Assembly: GCA_951406725.2 (NCBI GenBank)
Contig: OX597827.1
Coordinates: 28,892,001 to 28,956,000 of the forward strand
From: Octopus vulgaris
Taxonomy: Eukaryota
Direction: 5' to 3'
Length of the DNA stretch: 64,000 nucleotides
Shown: positions 56,723 to 64,000 of the stretch, one piece after another
Numbering within the stretch: the stretch's first letter is position 1
How the letters are laid out: each line of letters opens with the position of its first letter
Notes under the pieces: model-generated
What the model saw: the letters and a program-made list of their open reading frames with translations, nothing else
Database searches by the model: none
Told to the model about the DNA's origin: nothing
Program-made: the position numbers and the translations under genes

Positions 56723-59515
56723 TGAATGCATCAAAGTGACACAGGGGTAAAATATACGAAGCCCAGTATACCCATCATCACTACCCGTCTGATGAGGGTA
56801 CACCCGGCACATGCATCACAACAATATCTGCGCGACATGTTGATCTCATATCAGGATTAACATTGCAGGTGAGGCCCAGTTGCAATTTTCGTCAAGTCGA
56901 GTAGCTCACCCTGCTCAAAAGGTCCCTGAATAAGGCTTGTTTTCATTATTTCACTGGTATTCCAGTTAAGCACATTGAAGCTATAAAGAACAACTGATAC
57001 TGCTAAGGAATTTATGGCTAACACCTTATTATATGCATTCAGCTCAGACTTCAGGACTGCTCGAACTCTTCTATAACATTCCTTCCTAACCTTCTCTTTC
57101 ATGCTTGCATGCTGGGTACCAGAGCCTTCATTTATTTCTAGGTATTTATAGGTTTGTTCCTGCTCAAGTTCCTTTATTACTGTTTCGACATCTAATTCGA
57201 TTGAACCTTCTTAAAAGTGGCTTTGGCACACTTTTCAAGGTCAAACTCCATCCCGATATTGTCACTGAATCCTTTCATGGTATGTAATAATCCTTCAAGC
57301 TCTTCATCATCTTTGCCGTATAGCTTTAAATCATCCATATAAAATAGATGGCTTATTTTTCTGTTGTCAATTTTGTAGCCATATCCTGTTCTATTCAGTT
57401 CACTTGAGAGTGGTATTAGTGCTATGCAGAAAATTAGTGGTGAAAGTGTGTCAACTTGAAAAATTCCACAGTTAATGCTAATGTTGTTTGAGCGCAATAC
57501 TCCATTAGAATGATATAATTGGAGCTTCGTGTTCCATAGTGACATATTATACTTTAAAAAATCTGAAATCACAGGAGAAATTTTGAAAATGTCCAGCGAT
57601 TTCAAAATCCACGAATGCGGTATGCTGACAAAGGCTTTTTGATAATCAATCCATGAAGAGCTGAGATTTCTGCGCTTGTTATGGCAGTTCTCAAGAATCA
57701 TGCGATTAATTAGGAGCTGATCTTTGCATCCGTATGAGCCTCGTCTGCATCCTTTTTGTTCAGTGGGAAAGAGGTTATTCTCTTCCATAAACGTATGTTT
57801 TCTCTACTAGAATAGGTGTCAAAATCTTATAGGTAGTAGATAAACATGTTACAGGCCGGTAGTTTTTTGGTTCTTTCGTTTTGTATTTTGGGGGAGGAGG
57901 TAAGTAATACCATTTGCCATCCAATGGGGTGTTTTTTTCGGATCTTTCATAATACTATTAAATAGTATTACTAACATTATGTTTGCGGACGAGAGTGATG
58001 AGAGCTAGAAATTTGGTACTCTATCAATACCAGGGGATTTCCACTTATGGGCCTTCTTAGGTCGACGATTGAGATGTCTTCCCATACCTGTTCTTGTAGA
58101 CTTTTATAGTCATCTTGGGTGCGTTTGATCCACACTGCATTTTCATTGTATGGTTTCTCATCACTCCAGATCCCCTTCCAAAAGTTTTCAACTTCTTCCA
58201 TTAGGGGTGGATTTTCAATGGTTATTTTTTTTCTTTCTCTATTTCCCTGTAAAATGATTTGGCATTGGATTTGAACATCTTATTTTGTTTGTAGAATTTG
58301 ATTCTTTTCTCAAATCTGCGGATTCTCTGAGCTTTTGCTTGAACTTTTTGTTTAAGTGCTTCTTTCGCTGACATTAGTTCTTCTCTTGTTGAGTGTCCAT
58401 ATTTTCTCACAATCTTCCTGCATTTTCTTGATCTTACATCATTTTCAGAGATTAGCTCAGTTAATATTGATATCTCCCTTCGCAATGATTCAATTTCAGT
58501 TTCAATTCTACTCCTCCAGTTTGATTTTCTTTTCGAATTTGGTATTTTTGGCTTTTTTGGGTGTTAAACAGCGTCTTTCGATTACCTTAGCGACAGAGTA
58601 AATAATTTCATTGAATTTATTAACATCGGGTTTTAGTTGGTGTATGATTTCTTGTGTAACGCAGTTGCCAATTTTTATTTGTGTTTTATGTTGGTGTGCA
58701 TTTGAGAGTTTATGGAGTGGTTCCCTATCATTCATAGTTGTATGGCCTACAACTGCAATCTCATTCAGAACTTCTTGCTTCATTTCAATTATAGATTTTC
58801 TGTGTTGTTTAACAAACATGTAGTCTTCAAATTCTGCTTCGACATCATTTTCCAGGCTGTTTTTTCCAGGGTCATTATATTTTCCTTTTCCTTCAGGATC
58901 TTGAGTCGTTTCGGCAGATGGTCGCCTTTCAGTCAATGCTTGTGGCCCAGCATTCCTCTCCTCAGCTTAGTTATTTCTTTCCTGACTTACATTTAGGTCA
59001 TTCTCTGCCACTTTTCTAATAGAGGTTAATTCTGCATCTGTGAGTCTAGTATTTCTGAAGATATCTCTTCTAACATTTGCTAATTTGTTTTCATCCAGGT
59101 TTGGTCTGCTAGCTCCAAATTCTGTAGGAGTTTGCGGTGTGTTTCTCTCGGGTTGGCCTACTTAATGCAAAGTAATAAGCATATATTACTTCTTTATATT
59201 CTTCCCGGTTCCATTTAGTTCTTTTACTTTTTTGATTTTCTGGTCGTTGTGGTGGTGAACTTTGGGGGCTTAATTTGGGACAAATCCCGATTAAGTGACC
59301 TTCCAGGTTCGTATTCGGGGAAGATAGTCTGCCATTTGGAAATTTTTCGCCATCAGGCTGGCAGCCTCCTAGCGGGCGCGCTTCCTGTATAACCATTGGA
59401 CAAGCGATTCAGTGTACTGTTAGAAATTTTCTTTTCAAGTAAAGTTAAATTATTATTAAGTTTTCATTAAAAAAAACCCCCACTAATCTTCACACAGGGG
59501 CCTCATTTATAATCA
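56723..59515 (-). mobile_element. Second R4/Dong-like element, different family, internally deleted
   Basis: KWNREEYKEVIYAYY; EQKGCRRGSYGCKDQL; WIDYQKAF; HLFYMDDLKLY. Coding similarity breaks near 56937 and joins a presumed 3' UTR (56723-56935) ending in (TAA)n. Confidence 0.88.
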
Positions 59516-59563
59516 TTAGCAGCAGCAGCCCCATAGTTGTAGCAGCAGCAATATCATCGTCAG

Positions 59564-59659
<96 letters not shown>

Positions 59660-59677
59660 TATTATTATTATTATTAC

Positions 59678-59729
<52 letters not shown>

Positions 59730-59769
59730 GTTATTATTATTATTATTATCATTATCATCATCATCATCA

Positions 59770-59804
<35 letters not shown>

Positions 59805-59827
59805 GTTGTTGTTGTTATTTATATTAT

Positions 59828-60180
59828 ATACATTTGACGGATATTTGTCCTCAACTTGTTTGTTGCTAACACAACGTTTCAGCTCGTATGCCCTCTTGGC
59901 TTGGGGGGTGTTTTTTCCAACGGTTGTAATGGATCCTCTCACGAACGAGGGCATGTTCTGCGCTTTCCACTACTCTTCTAACTTTATATGAGTTCACTGG
60001 TGTCATTATATTCAAGCCAGATAGTATTAGCTTTGAGTCTCTACATCTACGCAGGATGTCTTGGGGACACCTGATGAAGGCTGGAGGGTATATCAGCCGA
60101 AACGTTGTGTTAGCAACAAACAAGATGAGGACAAATATCAATCATATCTAAATGATGTAAATAATGTACATAATTTTTCA
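59828..60180. mobile_element. Penelope pLTR-like inverted repeat with canonical HHR (60066-60111, +)
   Basis: GACAC-CTGATGA-A-GGCTG(GAGGGTATAT)CAGCC-GAAAC-GTT-GTGTT; left arm 59828-59895 is inverted. Confidence 0.8.
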
Positions 60181-60234
60181 TCTCTTAAATATAGAACTAG
60201 ATTATTATTATTATTAAATTATTATTATTATTAA

Positions 60235-60440
60235 AGCGGTGAGCTGGGTGAATCGTTAGCAAGCTAGACGAAATGCTTAGCGGGATTCCGCCCGTCGCTA
60301 CGTTCTGTGTTTAAATTCCGCCGAGGTCAACTTTGCCTTTCATCCTTTCGGGGTCGAAAAAATAAGTACCAGTGAAACACTGGGGTCGAAGTAATTGACT
60401 CATGCCCTTTCCCCAAATTTCTGGCCTTGTACCTTTCGGT
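60235..60440 (+). mobile_element. SINE-like repeat (family D)
   Basis: gcggtgagctgggtgaatcgttagc...aaattccgccgaggtcaactttgcctttcatcc; diverged minus copies near 18040-18245 and 21570-21790. Confidence 0.6.
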
Positions 60441-60509
60441 ACGGTAGCTCGGAAAACTCATTCTCATCGTTCAGATCAGAATAGAACTCCTGAATTTGTT
60501 GGTGAGATC

Positions 60510-61155
60510 CAGGCATTGTAAAGCGGGCGGATGAAAAAATTAATAAGATTTTTTTAAAAATAAGGGTTAATTGTAAATCGATTTCTAGCTTAGCGTTATG
60601 AAAACATCCTGCCGTTATTAGTACAATATGCCAAAGCGTATAGATGCAAATACCCATACGAACAACATGTCTGCACGACCATATACATACATTTAAATGT
60701 ATACGCTGAGAAAAATCTAATTCTTTTCTCGTCCAAAGTTACCTAGTATTATCGGTTGTGTTATTATATACTTTCAGGGATAAAACCACTTTAATGATTT
60801 CATCATGCTGACCACTTGATAAAACCATTAAAACGATTTTATACTTAATTTTTTTAAATAAATATTTTTTTCTCCTTATCAAATTGCATTCGCTGCGAGA
60901 TTATTTTGATAAAAAAAAACACGTGGTTGAGATGAGAAAAAAATAGATCGTTTACTAGTGTGTACATGTAATGTATATATATGGGCGTGTGGATAGGTTG
61001 TGGGTGTGAGTAAATATTTTCATCTATACTCTTCGGCATATTTTACTAATGACAGCAGGCTGTTTTCATAACGCTAAGCTAGGAATCGATTTACAATTAA
61101 CCCTTATTTTCAAAAAGTTTCATTCATTTTTTTTCGTCTTCCCGCGTACAACCTG
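60510..61155. mobile_element. Foldback/MITE-like element with long imperfect TIRs
   Basis: 60555-60650 is the reverse complement of about 61015-61112; similarity extends inward and out to CAGG...CCTG ends. Confidence 0.75.
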
Positions 61156-61374
61156 TTCTAAAGGAGTATAGATGTGGATTTTAGAGCTATTTGGCATCTA
61201 TTTTTAGCATGTTTATGGCGCTTATCCGCACCCTTCAATATAATTATTTTACATAATTATAAATTAGTATAAAATGTTACCTCTAAGGTCGTGAGTTTAA
61301 TATCTGGCGATGCAGTGCATCCTTCACGCTGGCCACTTGATAAAATCATCAAAGTAATTTTATCCTGAATTTTA

Positions 61375-61438
<64 letters not shown>

Positions 61439-62827
61439 AATGCATGTATGTATATGTATATGCGGCTTTGATGGAAGCAACAAGAGAAATACAGCCCATT
61501 ACATAAGATTATATGCATCTCATTTAATTGTTAAGTTACTACATCCGAATGTTTCGTGCATTTCACTACGCACGAAACTTTCCTCCCTTGAGTTTCTTAC
61601 GTAACTTTACAGTTAAACAATATATATATATACTTACACACTCACACAGACACACACACACACATACTTGCTCACATACATATATATATATATAGATACA
61701 CGTATGTACGTATCTAGCATGTAGCATTATGAAATATACTCTTGTAACGTATTGCTGGAAGTCATGCTGTGATGTTAATTACATTAGATAATCAGAAACA
61801 AAAGACCATTCATTTGAATGTGTGATAGGAAATGGAAAGAACAAGCCGTGATAAGTGAGGTGAGGAGAGAACAGAAGATGACTTGACAGGTCTGCGTTCA
61901 CGGCTAAATTATTAAGTATATCTGTAAATGAGAATAGCTGGATTAGCAGAGAATATGTTTATCAAGCACGTTAAGGGAATTAACAGATGTGAATGCCAGT
62001 TTAGATTGAGAGCGGATGATAGATGAGCGGTCGATCGTTGAATATAATAAGTAAATATTGAAAGTATGGTGAATTCACAGAGTAAAATTTTATGTAAATT
62101 GTTGTGAGGCTATTATTGCGGTTGCTGTAGTTATTTTAGCCCCAGTTCAACACTAATTTAGAGAAACACCGCTTTTCCCTATGTACAAAGTACCCCAGTG
62201 ACCCAGACCACATTATAAACGTGTACTTTTCAGGACAGTGGAGTACAATTTATATATAGCTGTTATTTCTAGCAAGCGTCGTTCCCTACTCCAAGGGCTT
62301 GTGTTAATGTGAATTATATCAACAAAAACCATTGTTTTAGTATGTGTTGGCGCTAAACAGTGACGTGTATAGATACGAATTCCTTCGATTAGCAGCGTCT
62401 GCCTTTATGGTCTCTGCTGCGGAAGAGGAAATAACCACTCCGAAATGCATACATCCAACATCCTAGTTAGATAGCGCTGTGAACTGACTCGGTATGTTTA
62501 CACTTGTCTACAGCGTGAAATTTTCTCCATTACAAAAAACAGTGAATAGCAGACGAAATACCGCTAAGCATTTCACCCTGCTGCTAACGTTTCTGCCCGC
62601 TCGCTGCCTTTGCAAAGCGCCAGTCTTGTCACACTCTGTGTCATGCTGAATCTCCTTGAGAACTACGTTTAGTGTACGTGTGTCTGTGGAGTGCTCAGCC
62701 TCGTTCACGTTAATTTCACGCGCAAGATGCTGTGGATCAACTGGAAATCTTATTGAAACCGACGGAGTACCAATTACTGCGTATGATTTTTATTCCTTCA
62801 CTCCTGGAAATAAGATCGGACAATTGC

Positions 62828-62868
62828 CGTGCTGATGATGGCTATGAAGCCAGAAACAACCGTATACG
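62828..62868 (+). ncRNA. Canonical-core type I hammerhead ribozyme
   Basis: CGTG-CTGATGA-TGGCT(ATGA)AGCCA-GAAAC(AACC)GTA^TACG. Confidence 0.75.
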
Positions 62869-63324
62869 ACTAGCCTATTTTCTTCAGACAATAACCTGTA
62901 TTAGTCCTTAATGGTATGTCAACTTAGAAACAACCTGATTCTTTAAGATTACCTTTCCTTTTCATATGGAACTATTCTCAATCGCCATTTGGCGGTTGAA
63001 ACACATCCAAAGGAGGCTGAGAGAAATCTAATAAATCAGCAATTTATGTTGTATGGCATTTGATATACCTGTATTTGACTATTTTCTTCATTTGCATGCG
63101 ACTGATTACCCAGAGTTCTCTGAACTCAAACGGCAACACAGAATCTCCGATGCTTTTCGAATCTTATTTATTTCTCATCTATGTTTGCCGAATTGCTATG
63201 TTACCCTGTTTACTCAAAAGCACTTCATTTTAAGAGTAAACACACAACACACATACACACACATATGCGTTTGATAAATACCATGTAGGAAACTCTAGGC
63301 ACCTGAGTCACCTCTGTAACTTAA

Positions 63325-63386
63325 CACATGCACATACATATACAAACATACATATATATACTCACATACATACATACATACATGCA

Positions 63387-63420
<34 letters not shown>

Positions 63421-63995
63421 CATACATGCATACGTACGTACGTACATGCACACATACATACATACATACATACATACATACATACATACATACATACATA
63501 CATACATACATACATACATACATACATACATGTAAAACTTTCCAGTAGTTTATCATTTAAGTATATAAGAGCATGTCTAGATATGCAAGTATATGTATGA
63601 GAAGACACATAAAACAAAACATACAAATCTGAACGTGCACTGATTCCAAATACTGCATATATACACACATATATACAAAAGTACTCTGATGATGTTGAAA
63701 TTCCAATGAAGGAGCCTTGGATCTAAGTTAGAAACCGGCTCTTTCTGTATTGGCAAGAAATCTTGAAATATAACTGAATAATAGTATACATACATACATA
63801 CATACATACATACATACATACATACATACATACATACATACATGCATGCATGCATACATACATACATACATACATACATACATACATACATACATACATA
63901 CATACATACATACATACATGCATACATACATACATACATACATACATACATACATACATACATACATACATACATACATACATACATACATACTT
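63325..63995. repeat. (CATA)n microsatellites
   Basis: Directly visible. Confidence 0.95.
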
Positions 63996-64000
63996 AAATA

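Noticed and set aside
56785-56810. CTGATGA-GGGT(AC)ACCC as an HHR
   Set aside because: Followed by GGCAC rather than GAAA; lies antisense in a presumed LINE 3' UTR.

Overview
Eukaryotic, AT-rich, microsatellite-saturated DNA with no recognisable host protein-coding exon. The tRNA-headed SINEs and repeat landscape resemble an octopod cephalopod (Octopus-like) genome; this is inferred from recalled repeat families, not a search. Almost all listed ORFs are simple-repeat artefacts. Real coding remnants are all mobile elements: a nearly intact 5'-truncated Penelope-like element (RT + GIY-YIG, 45628-47435), two tandem R4/Dong-like LINEs in (TAA)n (52551-59515), an L1/Tx1 RT fragment abutting a partial tRNA-Phe, and Tc1/mariner fragments and MITEs. 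The main signal is non-coding. A near-perfect 360-bp tandem array with an inverted block (31177-33799) carries one minimal type I hammerhead ribozyme (HHR) per unit, i.e. a retrozyme-like element predicted to make circular RNA. About ten other short, mostly inverted, TA-flanked repeat families also carry minimal HHR folds, including natural core variants (G3-C8, U3-A8, U4C). All ribozyme calls are manual folds and are untested.
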